Positions 46,812-56,671 of a stretch of 64,000 nucleotides of DNA are shown here, in pieces; positions within the stretch are counted from its first letter, which is position 1, and every line of letters starts with the position of its first letter. The position numbers were made by a program, and so were the translations under genes. The notes beneath the pieces are model-generated. The model was not told where the DNA came from. It made no database searches and was given only the letters and a program-made list of their open reading frames with translations. The stretch lies in sequence record MW812339.1. One strand, 5' to 3'.

Positions 46812-48446
46812 TTAAGAATTAAACCATTCAACTTCTTCTAACTTGCGACGTGCATTAATTACCATGAATTCAGACAAGGTATTGTGCAGTGACAAGTGAG
46901 GGATATAACGTTCTTTGTCCGTCTCACACCGTAACAGCGCAGCTGCTTCTGGTGTAGCCCTGAGATGGAAAAGATATGGGTCGATGTGATCTTTGTGCAG
47001 AAGGTTTAACGACTCCCGTGGTGTTGACTGCGGTTCTAAGTTCCGCGGGTTACGATACTCCTGACGATAATATCTATCCAAATCTGTTTTGAGTTCAGGT
47101 CGGATAGGTTCAGCAGCATAACCGATGGACATCTCCGAGAAGACCATATCGCAACTCAACAGCTGCGCGATATCGTACATCCCGTAATTGAGATAGGTTA
47201 TTTGCGCCAGCGCCATACCGTACATGAAGGCTTCTGGACCACACTCGCTGTACGTTCTGTAGTGTGCACTGCGGTGCAACGCCAAAGCAACCAGCCACTC
47301 GTGCAGAACATAAATCGGACCCTTATGCGTTTCCAGCATGGAGTCGATTAATATCTTCGCATCAGCCGGGGCGGCATTCGGCAGATTCATGGTCTTTAAG
47401 AACCGGCGATAGTTCAGGAACGAGACCTCGGTACGAACAAACTCTTTCATCGGTGCAGTGCTTCGTGCCTGTACCAAGTCCATGGAGTTAATCTTGCCTT
47501 TCTCGCCATTGAACACCACACTCTCTGGGTGCAGTTTCAGCAAGACTGGCTGGTTCGAGATCTTGGTTGCGAAACCGGTTTCGATTTCCTGCTTCACCAA
47601 GAAGTACATCCCCGTGACCACGTTATTGCTGGTCATGGTTTCTCTTGGTAATTCACCACCGATATCTCGGATGGACAGCAGGCGGATAAGTGCGAATGCC
47701 AGAATGTACTCTTCCATCATATCCGTACCGTAGCCACGCATGGCCGCCAGTACCGACAAGCTGGTATTGTTCATTCCTTTATTAGACTGTTCCTTCTCAA
47801 CCTTTTCCATCACGCTTTGCAGGAAGCCTTCCAGTTTCGGAATACCCGGCAGAGACATGATTTCGGTGTCGCGAAGCAGCTCCAGGCAATAGGTCAGATT
47901 GTCGACCATCTTGCGCTGGGTATCGATTGGCAGGTTCTTACCGACCGGGAATGTCCCCATGGTCAGGAACACCGGGATATACGGCTTCACCATCAATGCC
48001 AGAATCAACAGCTCGTAATAGTCCGGACGGATATACGTCATCGCTTCCGGATAGTTGCTGTTCATGTCATCGTGTGTGTCTTCCATGTTCTGCGGAACCC
48101 ACAAACGTTCGATAGGATACAGCTTACGATAGACTTCCGCTTTATGGAACTTCGCGATAGTCTGGATAATCTTCGGCATATGCTTTTTCTGCGTGACGAT
48201 GTCTTCATTAGACAGTTCGTCCAGCATCAAGTACGCCATGAACAAGTCGTCTTGCTCTTCTGGATTCAAGTAGTCCCATACGCGTTGCAATTCCATGAAC
48301 AGGATGTTTTCGCGTGCGACCTTTTTACCATTAGCTTCAACGTAGTCAGATAGGTTGTTATCTTTACGATAACGAAGACCTATAAAAGAAATCTGTTGAT
48401 CGCGATGCTCGATAATCATCCGATCTTTTGTTTTAGTAACTTTCAT
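46812..48446 (-). CDS. Non-virion RNA polymerase fifth (sigma-like) subunit (phiKZ gp68-like)
   Basis: 544-aa helical protein at the syntenic position, with its own early-type promoter. Confidence 0.65.
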   Translation of the reverse strand: MKVTKTKDRMIIEHRDQQISFIGLRYRKDNNLSDYVEANGKKVARENILFMELQRVWDYLNPEEQDDLFMAYLMLDELSNEDIVTQKKHMPKIIQTIAKFHKAEVYRKLYPIERLWVPQNMEDTHDDMNSNYPEAMTYIRPDYYELLILALMVKPYIPVFLTMGTFPVGKNLPIDTQRKMVDNLTYCLELLRDTEIMSLPGIPKLEGFLQSVMEKVEKEQSNKGMNNTSLSVLAAMRGYGTDMMEEYILAFALIRLLSIRDIGGELPRETMTSNNVVTGMYFLVKQEIETGFATKISNQPVLLKLHPESVVFNGEKGKINSMDLVQARSTAPMKEFVRTEVSFLNYRRFLKTMNLPNAAPADAKILIDSMLETHKGPIYVLHEWLVALALHRSAHYRTYSECGPEAFMYGMALAQITYLNYGMYDIAQLLSCDMVFSEMSIGYAAEPIRPELKTDLDRYYRQEYRNPRNLEPQSTPRESLNLLHKDHIDPYLFHLRATPEAAALLRCETDKERYIPHLSLHNTLSEFMVINARRKLEEVEWFNS

Positions 48447-48478
48447 TATTTTGAACTCCGCGAATAGTCGATTGCCCT

Positions 48479-48494
48479 AAGATAATATCTATCT
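48479..48494 (-). promoter_or_regulatory. Early-type promoter variant AGATAGATATTATCTT
   Basis: Identical to 43293..43308. Confidence 0.7.
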
Positions 48495-48578
48495 AAGATA
48501 GCTTACACTGCGAGTTACACCACAACACATAAACGCTAATAGCCCAAGGTCTCCCTTGGGCGTATTTTTTATTGTTCG

Positions 48579-49238
48579 TTAAATGAAGCTATCGAAGTCT
48601 TCGTTCGTTGCTGGAGGCTGGGATTGCTGTTGCTGCTGGTAGCCGCCCTGGCGCTGACCGCCGCCTTGACCACCACCGCTGTAACCGCCTTTACCATACT
48701 GACCACCACCGGTGTTGTTGAACTCACGTGGCTTATATTTCTCTTCGAGCAGCTGAATGAACTTCTCAAAGTTAGTGATAAACGCACGAGCACAACGCTC
48801 AGACAGTTCCAGGTCGGAAACCTGCTGGCCATCACGGAAGATACGGAAACCTTTCGGATAGGAGAAGTAGAACTTCTTCTGGCGTGCGCCAACGCCCTGG
48901 ATTTCACCAGCAATCGCGATAAACGGGTTCAGGTTATCTTCACGGCCAACGATGATACTTACCGGCGGTTTGTTGCCGTTTTCGTTGGTGAACTTCAGCA
49001 TCGACTTTTCATTTTTGCGCAAGCAATCCTGCAGCGCTTCAATGATTGTGCGACACACGGTGAGTGGAGCAGAGAAGTAAAGACCTTCGCCTTTACCGAA
49101 CGAGTAGCTGAACTTCATCCCTTCAACATCGCCATTGAAATCGTTAGGTTCAATGTTCAGTTTACGGGTGCGGTTTTGCTGATCCGGTTCGGTTTGCGGA
49201 TAGAGCCATTTGTCTTTGAAAATCTCTTGATTCATCAT
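48579..49238 (-). CDS. chmC: Nucleus-associated nucleic-acid-binding protein, ChmC-like (phiKZ gp67 position)
   Basis: 219 aa with a G/Q-rich disordered tail ending PATNEDFDSFI; synteny. Confidence 0.55.
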   Translation of the reverse strand: MMNQEIFKDKWLYPQTEPDQQNRTRKLNIEPNDFNGDVEGMKFSYSFGKGEGLYFSAPLTVCRTIIEALQDCLRKNEKSMLKFTNENGNKPPVSIIVGREDNLNPFIAIAGEIQGVGARQKKFYFSYPKGFRIFRDGQQVSDLELSERCARAFITNFEKFIQLLEEKYKPREFNNTGGGQYGKGGYSGGGQGGGQRQGGYQQQQQSQPPATNEDFDSFI

Positions 49239-49275
49239 TATTTATTCCTTTTCGGAAAAGCAGTCTAGTGGTTCA

Positions 49276-49303
49276 CACATGATGTCCCACTAACGTAAAT
49301 TTT
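49276..49303 (-). promoter_or_regulatory. Putative middle promoter AAAATTTAC-N15-TGTG
   Basis: Same spacing as the other copies, with one mismatch in the TATG element. Confidence 0.4.
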
Positions 49304-49305
49304 AG

Positions 49306-50142
49306 CTATTTGATAAGCCGACGGAGCAGTTCAACTACGAAAGGCTCGTTCACCAGTTTTAGACAGTTGTAAATACGGTCCATAGTGGTGTCTTGTCGCC
49401 AGTCGTATTTCTCTGCAGTTTTCAAAACCACACCTCTGACCTTGCGATCTAAAGGAGAGAACATTATCCCGTCACCAAACAACGTTAAGAAGGCTTTGTT
49501 GAATGGGACTTGAGAAGGCTTCCCGTTCATCTTGGTGTACCATTCCAGACGCGTTTTCACTTTGCCGGTATGGGATTCCAACAAGCCGAGTTTCGGGAAG
49601 TCTTTACGTGCCAACAAGTCTGCTGGCATGTGGGTTAACAGCAGTGTGTCATGTTGCCCCTCAGGGAACACATCAAATTTGCGATAACCATCAGGATGTT
49701 TCTCGTCGAACATTTTTAAGGTGTCGTGTTCCAGTGCGTTGTAATGCAGCTGGTTCGGCGTCATCTTATCCTGCCCGCCTGCGATGTTTTTGAAGGAAGC
49801 TTCAGGGAACACTTTGTTTGCACTTTTGTAAGTACAGACATACGGAACGCATAACACCGAAGGGGCTACCGCTTTCGCGGTAGCCATGAGATTATTGATA
49901 TCTTCTTCAATCGATGTCAGCATTACGTCTGGTGTTAACCGTTCTCTATTCTCTTCAAACGCATAAAAGGCGTTACGGAACAACGTCCGGAGATTCAGGA
50001 AGATTTCCTGATAGTCATGGATAGGCAGCTTGCCCTTCCAGTCGGCAAATTCGCCGGTATGCAACAATCCTTCAAACGCCAGCGAACTGGCGATTGACAC
50101 TGAGTAGAACCCGTATGTGCGATCAACACTTATGGGATTCAT
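49306..50142 (-). CDS. Conserved core protein, possibly a 5'-nuclease / PIN-like fold
   Basis: 278 aa with LNLRTLFRN, THMPADLL and LLESHTG. Translationally coupled to the SbcD-like gene. Confidence 0.45.
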   Translation of the reverse strand: MNPISVDRTYGFYSVSIASSLAFEGLLHTGEFADWKGKLPIHDYQEIFLNLRTLFRNAFYAFEENRERLTPDVMLTSIEEDINNLMATAKAVAPSVLCVPYVCTYKSANKVFPEASFKNIAGGQDKMTPNQLHYNALEHDTLKMFDEKHPDGYRKFDVFPEGQHDTLLLTHMPADLLARKDFPKLGLLESHTGKVKTRLEWYTKMNGKPSQVPFNKAFLTLFGDGIMFSPLDRKVRGVVLKTAEKYDWRQDTTMDRIYNCLKLVNEPFVVELLRRLIK

Positions 50143-51290
50143 GCAACGTTCCTAATGATGGTAGTGACAACATCGGGGTCGTACTTGACCGATGTCAATT
50201 CTTCAAGAATCAAACGCTCGATATTCTCTTGCGTTGGCATTTCGAACACTGGGGCATCGTCCGAAAAACTCTTCACTAACAACTCGTCTTCTTCCGAAGA
50301 CCGAACACGTTCACCGGAAATGTGAAACGCGTACTCTTTCTTCCACCGATTGACATGTTCTGCCAAAGGGGAACCTGCGTAATACTCGACCTCAAACCGC
50401 CCAATAACGGACGACGGATGATTATCGATGTATTCGAGTGCTGAAAGACAGGCAGCTAACTGCGCATCGTAGTCTTCCTGTGCCTTCACTTTACGTTGCG
50501 GGCACGCACGTGGGTTAACCAAGAAGTAATCTCGGCAAACCGTTTCGGTGAAATCGACAATGGCTACACCCTTGTCTTCCTCTTCACCCTGGGCAAGTCT
50601 CTCAGGACTGCCTACAACTCGTATCTTGTCGTGTTCTTTCTTGCGATGGTCATGCCCAATGTAAATGAGGTGCTTGACTCTCGGCAACCAGAAGCTCTCG
50701 TTAAAGGAACGAGGTGACTCGATTGGGAGTTGAAAAGTAAAACAGCCATGCATGAAGATGAAGTCCAGTTGCTCCAATCCACGCGTTGCCATTAACTCTG
50801 CCATTTCTGCTTCAGTAGCAGCGGCATTAATTTCATTTCCGCCACCGGCTTTATACTCGTCTTGCACCCAACCGACAGTAGCATCAAGGGCCGGATCGTA
50901 AAAGATTCCAATCCCAGGCAAGTACAAACAATCGGCACCAATACTGATGTTCAGTGCCTCGACTATTTTGGACTGCCCGTGGTCATGGGACGGCGTTCCT
51001 TCAACGATGCGTACCGCGGTATCTGTGTCTTTCGACCAGCGGAGCAACCAAGTCAAGAAGCCTACAGCTTCCTGTGAATCCTCTTGGCGGAGATGTCGGG
51101 AATCGTCAAATAAATCCCCTGCTATATAAAGAGCGTCGAGCGTATTTTCGCAGCTAACGAGTATTTCTTGCAGCACGTCAACGATGTGCCAGGTCGGCAC
51201 ACGCTTGTGTAACAAGTGAATATCGTTCATGTTCAGAATACGCCTGACGCCCACAGGCTTGCGTGGTGGCCTAGTAATCTTCTCCATCAC
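50139..51290 (-). CDS. sbcD: SbcD/Mre11-like metallophosphoesterase nuclease
   Basis: DIH, AGDLFD, GTPSHD, HG and GHDH calcineurin-like motifs. Confidence 0.85.
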   Translation of the reverse strand: MMEKITRPPRKPVGVRRILNMNDIHLLHKRVPTWHIVDVLQEILVSCENTLDALYIAGDLFDDSRHLRQEDSQEAVGFLTWLLRWSKDTDTAVRIVEGTPSHDHGQSKIVEALNISIGADCLYLPGIGIFYDPALDATVGWVQDEYKAGGGNEINAAATEAEMAELMATRGLEQLDFIFMHGCFTFQLPIESPRSFNESFWLPRVKHLIYIGHDHRKKEHDKIRVVGSPERLAQGEEEDKGVAIVDFTETVCRDYFLVNPRACPQRKVKAQEDYDAQLAACLSALEYIDNHPSSVIGRFEVEYYAGSPLAEHVNRWKKEYAFHISGERVRSSEEDELLVKSFSDDAPVFEMPTQENIERLILEELTSVKYDPDVVTTIIRNVA

Positions 51291-51945
51291 CTATCCCAAC
51301 GGCAGGTTGTGGGGTCGCAGCAATTTGTGCGGTCGGTTGTGCTGCTTGCGCTGTGGCTTTACCGCCAGTAATCCGCGCAACATACTCTTCCAGACCATCA
51401 GGATACGGCAGACGACCGTCCAGCTTGTAGCGTTTGAAAATCCAGTTCAAGAGATCGATGATGTACTTCGCCCGCACCGAGTTTTCCGCATGACTTTGGT
51501 CAGCGATACCGGTTAAGGTGTAGTCAATCATCTGGTACATTTGCTTCTCGCCGACGCTTGGAATCGCTTCGGCTTGTAAACGAATGTGCTCGGTCTCATC
51601 ACTGAGTGACGCCTGGCCATCTACAGTAATCAAAGAACGGCCGGTATTGAGCAGCGCTGGAATGGTGAACAGCAAACGAGTGTTGTCCATGTCATCCACA
51701 ATCTGCAGCGGCACGAAGGCGTTGCCCACGTAATCTATCCAGGTATCGTCGTTAAACGTACCGTCTAACATCCCGGACAGTAATGGAAGACCTTGACGGC
51801 GGAACTGTGCTTCGGTAAAGGTCGAGCACACGTACTGACCTTCAATCAAATCCGCTTCGAAGCTTTTGAGCTTTTCGTACTCAAAACGCATCTTGTCGTC
51901 CATCTTACTTAACGGTACGCCGTTAAATGTCGGTTCCTGACTCAT
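51271..51945 (-). CDS. Conserved hypothetical protein (224 aa)
   Basis: ORF coupled on both sides. Confidence 0.7.
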   Translation of the reverse strand: MSQEPTFNGVPLSKMDDKMRFEYEKLKSFEADLIEGQYVCSTFTEAQFRRQGLPLLSGMLDGTFNDDTWIDYVGNAFVPLQIVDDMDNTRLLFTIPALLNTGRSLITVDGQASLSDETEHIRLQAEAIPSVGEKQMYQMIDYTLTGIADQSHAENSVRAKYIIDLLNWIFKRYKLDGRLPYPDGLEEYVARITGGKATAQAAQPTAQIAATPQPAVGIGDGEDY

Positions 51946-52325
51946 TGCGTATCCTCAATTACAGTTGTTTCTGTTTCCACATAACGTTCCGCATCGTACC
52001 ACACGCCCTGCTCAGACACGCGCAGAGCAATGTAGATACGGAAACGCACATCTGAATCCGGCATATAGTCCCAGCTGGTTTCAACTTCAACCCCTTCCGG
52101 GAATACATTACCGTACAGATTCTCCAAATCAGTCTTGATCTGGTTCGCCATGCCGTCGGGGTCTTGTGCAAAGACTGCTTGAGTATAGGCAAGAGATTTC
52201 ACGTTCTTCTGATAAATCACCGATTGGCTATAGCCGGCTTCGGTATAATGGTTCATCAGCTCACGGATTTTCTCCTGTGGTGTGCGTGCCCATCCTCGTG
52301 TTGATAACGTACCTACAGCAATCAT
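51942..52325 (-). CDS. Probable T4 gp25-like baseplate or sheath-initiator protein
   Basis: 127 aa. IKTDLENLYGNVFPEGVEVE...FRIYIALRV pattern; synteny. Confidence 0.45.
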   Translation of the reverse strand: MIAVGTLSTRGWARTPQEKIRELMNHYTEAGYSQSVIYQKNVKSLAYTQAVFAQDPDGMANQIKTDLENLYGNVFPEGVEVETSWDYMPDSDVRFRIYIALRVSEQGVWYDAERYVETETTVIEDTQ

Positions 52326-52379
52326 TGTGTTCTCCCCGTCGGGTATAAAGAAAAAAAGAGGGGCCGAAGCCCCACTTTC

Positions 52380-52970
52380 CTAGCACGTAGCACCAGTCTC
52401 CGAACAAGGATCACCATCTTCCCAGTCGAAAGCTGACATACGCGCCCAGTTAAGTTGAATATCCACCTTGTCGATACGACTCAGTCTTACCGCACGATCT
52501 TCATTGGTAGCCCATTGCCAAATCTTATCGTCGTCATACTTTGTCGAAATCCCCGAGGTCGCTTCACGGAAGTTATCGTCGGTACGCATGTACGCGTTAC
52601 CTTTGAACACATCCAACTGCGAGAAGCCGTTCTCATAACCTGCTGCCATACCGTCGTTATACAACTTACGATATTCAGGCATGGCTACCAGGAACGGCTG
52701 TAAAGCAGGATTCGCGAATTGGAATTCACCCAACTCTTCTATCTGTCGCACCATCTCAACCGCATCGTTATAACGCAGTTTGCGAGCAGTGCTGAATGTT
52801 TCACGGAAACGCTCCAGTGATAACAATTCCTGACAGTGTTCTTTCACACGGCCGATGAGATCGGGTGCCAGTGCGTCTAATGAGAAGTTCTCTTTGAACA
52901 ACTCAAACACGCCACTGCCTTCGCCCTGTCTCGTCCATACCGTGCTGCCTTGCGCCCACATGCCATCCAT
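52380..52970 (-). CDS. Conserved chimallivirus core protein (196 aa)
   Basis: Directly downstream of the RNAP beta' N subunit; contains FLVAMPEYRKLY..GY. Confidence 0.65.
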   Translation of the reverse strand: MDGMWAQGSTVWTRQGEGSGVFELFKENFSLDALAPDLIGRVKEHCQELLSLERFRETFSTARKLRYNDAVEMVRQIEELGEFQFANPALQPFLVAMPEYRKLYNDGMAAGYENGFSQLDVFKGNAYMRTDDNFREATSGISTKYDDDKIWQWATNEDRAVRLSRIDKVDIQLNWARMSAFDWEDGDPCSETGATC

Positions 52971-52979
52971 TTACTGCTC

Positions 52980-54578
52980 CTATGCTGCTAATACCGCTTC
53001 TAACGGAAGGCCCTCTTCATCGTCCTCATCTGCTTCAATAAGGAACTGGTTCTGCATACTGATTAGCTCGTTATGTAAAACCATGCCGTGTTCTACACGG
53101 TCAACATCGGTGGACGACATGAAACCGTTGTCCGGACGATATTGCGTAGCCAAATCCATTTCAGTTTGGTCGATAGGTCGACGTACCTGGAACTGGTCAC
53201 CGTCAAAGTCACCGTTAGCCATCTTGATAACACGGTCAGAGATACGCAGTGAGCATTGGTTCACATCAGTAATAATTTCGTCGATGTACAACGTCTGCAC
53301 CGACAGCTGTACCAGCGTCGGGTTACGTAGTGGCTCTACCATGATACCCAAACCGCCTGGGGTTTCGATAATCAGTTCTTTAAAGATGTCATCTACCAGA
53401 GGGTCGTATTGCATACACGCTTTCGCGATAACGCGCTCGCACATCCGTGCAGAATAAATCATGTTCAGCAGTTTACTTTCAATATCGACCGACATCAACC
53501 CGACTGACCAACGCCACGGAGCTTTTAACTTCCAGGCATCGTGCGGTTCAGAGATTGGTGAGATTGTAGCACGGCCACCGAACGGAATGTGGGTTGAACC
53601 CACTTTCGCACGATAGTCACCCGGTTTACCTTCCATGGATTCACGACGGAAATCCACGTAGAAGTACGCCAACTGACGATTCGCCTTAATAGCACGACTG
53701 GTCAGGAACCTTGGCTCAATACGCTTGCGCTTCGTGTACAGCAGCGCAATGTTCTTCACGGCATCAATGGCACCCGTAAACACCGGGTCAACCATTACAC
53801 CACGACGACCTTCTTCGGTTACAATCAACTTGGAAGATATCAGTGGCAGATGTTTCGGGAAGAATGCTTTACTTTGTGTTTCGAAGAAAGTCTTCCACTG
53901 TAGCCTTAACAATTCACCCTCCAGTGCATTGTGTCGGTTCGGTGCGAAGATTTCTTTCCAGCACTCTGGCGATGTCAGAATCTGGAAAATGGTCTTGTGG
54001 TGATCTACCAGGTTACGAATCCCACGCACGTATTGATGTTCTTCCAGGATACGTTTTACGGCGTGTGCACGTTTACCATCCGGCTCATCATTACGATAGT
54101 ACGGGTCGATCATCCACATCATTAAATCTGGACCACGTTCTACCGTGACTTTGTTGCGATCGAATTTCTTCAGTTTACCGTTGAAGAATGCATTGAACAG
54201 CTGCCAGAATCGTGGGTTAATGAAGTTACCCATTTCATCCGGTGCACGGAGCCAGACATCCGACTCAATACGGTGCTCAGTCACACGGTAGCCGCAACAT
54301 GGACACTTGCGTCCCAAGTTGTAGCGATGAGCGATAGGTGCCTTACAGTCCAGACTACAAACCGGCGCAGAGTTTAGCTCTTCGTCGATGATGCGGTTCT
54401 GTACCATGCGGTCAATCAGCTCTGAAGTTTCGATTGCATCCCCGTTAATGGCGACATCGTTGATAATGGTAGGCGGTTGAATCTCATTAGTGGCAGCGTA
54501 TATCTGCAATTCAGCCAGATAGTTATCCTGATTCACCAACATAGCGGAAACGCCGTAATACTTCGGTACCTTATTCAA
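52980..54578 (-). CDS. Non-virion RNA polymerase catalytic beta' N-terminal subunit (phiKZ gp55-like)
   Basis: Zn finger CSLDC...CPCC, LRNPTL, and catalytic NGDFDGD. TTG start. Confidence 0.9.
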   Translation of the reverse strand: MNKVPKYYGVSAMLVNQDNYLAELQIYAATNEIQPPTIINDVAINGDAIETSELIDRMVQNRIIDEELNSAPVCSLDCKAPIAHRYNLGRKCPCCGYRVTEHRIESDVWLRAPDEMGNFINPRFWQLFNAFFNGKLKKFDRNKVTVERGPDLMMWMIDPYYRNDEPDGKRAHAVKRILEEHQYVRGIRNLVDHHKTIFQILTSPECWKEIFAPNRHNALEGELLRLQWKTFFETQSKAFFPKHLPLISSKLIVTEEGRRGVMVDPVFTGAIDAVKNIALLYTKRKRIEPRFLTSRAIKANRQLAYFYVDFRRESMEGKPGDYRAKVGSTHIPFGGRATISPISEPHDAWKLKAPWRWSVGLMSVDIESKLLNMIYSARMCERVIAKACMQYDPLVDDIFKELIIETPGGLGIMVEPLRNPTLVQLSVQTLYIDEIITDVNQCSLRISDRVIKMANGDFDGDQFQVRRPIDQTEMDLATQYRPDNGFMSSTDVDRVEHGMVLHNELISMQNQFLIEADEDDEEGLPLEAVLAA

Positions 54579-54659
54579 TCTGTCAACCTCAACAAAAAAA
54601 GAGGGAAGGACAGAGGCGTTAGCCCCTGTCCTAAACCTAATTACTTACCAGTCACGCTG

Positions 54660-56534
54660 TTACAGCTTGAAGCTGCCCAGAGTAACGCCCAGATCGAAGT
54701 CGCTACCGCTTGCGGAGAGGCCATTGCCAGACAGAGTGAAGTCTTCGCCGCCGTTGTTGAAGAACAGGGACGTCGCCATCGTGTTGTAGGCATTAACGCC
54801 AGTCATCGACCAGGTGCAGTTAGCACGGACGAAGTCCAGCAGGCACTTACCGAACACCGGGTTGATCGCCATATCCAGGGATTCGCCAGTAGTGGTCGGA
54901 TTCTTGGAAGCGAACAGAGACGCAGCCAGTTTCAGCATGTAGATACGCTGAGCACGGTTGCCGAACTCACGGTGAGAGTAGGACTGAGCATTCAGGTAGG
55001 TGTACACATCGTTCGCGTTATCGCCGAGTTTGGTGACAACGGATACGAGGTCCATATCCTGGAAGCTACGTTTCTGAGCAGCGCCAGTGTAGACGCCTGC
55101 AACAGTTGGTACCGCTGCTTTCACGATGTGGTTGCACTGGATGGAACCTTTGTAGGAATCGCCCAGAGCCTGCTTAAGCGCAGATGCAAACATAACAGTG
55201 AAGCTAGTTTCTGGTACAGTTTCGCCCTGACCGTCACGCGGGGACATGCCGTTCAGAATAGCGAGGAGCTGTTTCAGAGACTGGTCGTTACCGACTGCGA
55301 TTTCAGACAGCAGAGTAGACAGACCACCCAGACCGTTACCGGCACGGTGGCTCACTACCAGTGCTGCTTCGCGAGGTGCGAACATATCCAGGCAACCTTC
55401 GATAGCTTCTTTGCTACCGTCGATTTTGGATACGTCAGGACGCGCGTCTGGACCCCAGGACAGGTATTCTGCCACACGGGAGAACTTGCGATCGTTCTTG
55501 TTCAGACGTTTCATGAACAGGTCACGCCAGCCGCCGATAGCCGCGATTTCTGCGAAGCCTGCCAGAATCAGAAGCTGACGCTCGTACGGTGCCAGAGAAC
55601 CTTCTGCCTGGGAGTCAACCAGAGATACTACGATTTCAGCTTGCAGCTGCTTCAGGTCGTATACGCCGTTCTGTACGGCTTTCTGACCGGTGAAGCGCAT
55701 GTTGACGAAACCAGTACCGTGAACACGCGGGTACACATTAGCCTGACTGTTATCCAGTAGGGTAGGGTTCGCGTTGTCCTGGTTAGTTGGAGTGTGCTCC
55801 AGGGTGATGGCGAAGTCTGCACGCTGTGCGTGACCGTTACCATCGATAACAGCGCCTTCTTCCAGCGGCATTACCGACGCGTTGAAACGGTCAGACTTAC
55901 GCAGACGCATTTCGCCCAGGTAGCCCACGATACGGCCGAAGATGCCAAGCATCATCTGACCCATCAGCTGACGCGCCCACTGCTCATCCAGCTGCTTACC
56001 GAGATCCGGTACGGAGTTGATGGCCATGAAGTTTGCGTTCGGCAGGTCATGTGCGGACATGATGCTGGCCTGAATAACTTTCAGCGCTTCGTTGTTGAAC
56101 AGCTCAGTGATGGTGTAGTAATCTTCCTGAGCGTTGTTGTTGGTTTCTTTCAGACGCAGTGACTGACCGCGTTCGAAGAAGATGATACCGTACAGCCAGT
56201 GGCCCTGGTATTCGCCGGCAACGTATGCCGCAGAACCCATTTCACCACCAACACCTGCCACGGTACCCCAACGGAAGCGGTTGAGGTATTCGTTGTTCTT
56301 ACGCACATCTTCCATCAGGTTGACGAAGTGAGAAGCGTAAGAGTTAATGTTACGCCAGCCGAATGCGCTGTCGTAAGAACCCACGTTGGAAACACCGGCT
56401 GCTGCACGCTGAGTTGCTGCGTTGTCTGCATTGCCGCCCAGGCCGCCACCAAGACCGCCAGCGTTCTGCTGAGTCTGGTTAGTAGTAGTCTGCTGAGAAG
56501 CGCCGTTGTTGTTTTCGTTTACAATCTTAACCAT
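54660..56534 (-). CDS. chmA: Chimallin, major phage nuclear shell protein (phiKZ gp54-like)
   Basis: 624 aa with extreme codon bias and a disordered N-tail. Lies immediately upstream of RNAP beta' N; two early-type promoters. Confidence 0.82.
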   Translation of the reverse strand: MVKIVNENNNGASQQTTTNQTQQNAGGLGGGLGGNADNAATQRAAAGVSNVGSYDSAFGWRNINSYASHFVNLMEDVRKNNEYLNRFRWGTVAGVGGEMGSAAYVAGEYQGHWLYGIIFFERGQSLRLKETNNNAQEDYYTITELFNNEALKVIQASIMSAHDLPNANFMAINSVPDLGKQLDEQWARQLMGQMMLGIFGRIVGYLGEMRLRKSDRFNASVMPLEEGAVIDGNGHAQRADFAITLEHTPTNQDNANPTLLDNSQANVYPRVHGTGFVNMRFTGQKAVQNGVYDLKQLQAEIVVSLVDSQAEGSLAPYERQLLILAGFAEIAAIGGWRDLFMKRLNKNDRKFSRVAEYLSWGPDARPDVSKIDGSKEAIEGCLDMFAPREAALVVSHRAGNGLGGLSTLLSEIAVGNDQSLKQLLAILNGMSPRDGQGETVPETSFTVMFASALKQALGDSYKGSIQCNHIVKAAVPTVAGVYTGAAQKRSFQDMDLVSVVTKLGDNANDVYTYLNAQSYSHREFGNRAQRIYMLKLAASLFASKNPTTTGESLDMAINPVFGKCLLDFVRANCTWSMTGVNAYNTMATSLFFNNGGEDFTLSGNGLSASGSDFDLGVTLGSFKL

Positions 56535-56581
56535 GGTTAATAATCCTTAATAGTGAATACAATCGTAGTAAAGTTCACAGT

Positions 56582-56597
56582 GATAATATCTAGCTGA
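56582..56597 (-). promoter_or_regulatory. Early-type promoter, proximal (TCAGCTAGATATTATC)
   Basis: Variant of the motif at 43293 and 48479, upstream of chimallin. Confidence 0.6.
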
Positions 56598-56671
56598 GAA
56601 TTTATGGAATGCAGGCAAGCCGTCGCTTGCAACAGACACATAACCCAAAGAGATAACCGGAACTGTCACAT

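Noticed and set aside
38921-54578. Introns or inteins in the RNAP genes, as in phiKZ gp55 and gp71-73
   Set aside because: All subunits are single contiguous ORFs of expected size, with no homing-endonuclease or intein motifs seen.
54477-55760. 427-aa + strand ORF opposite chimallin
   Set aside because: Same antisense-shadow effect; no start signals.
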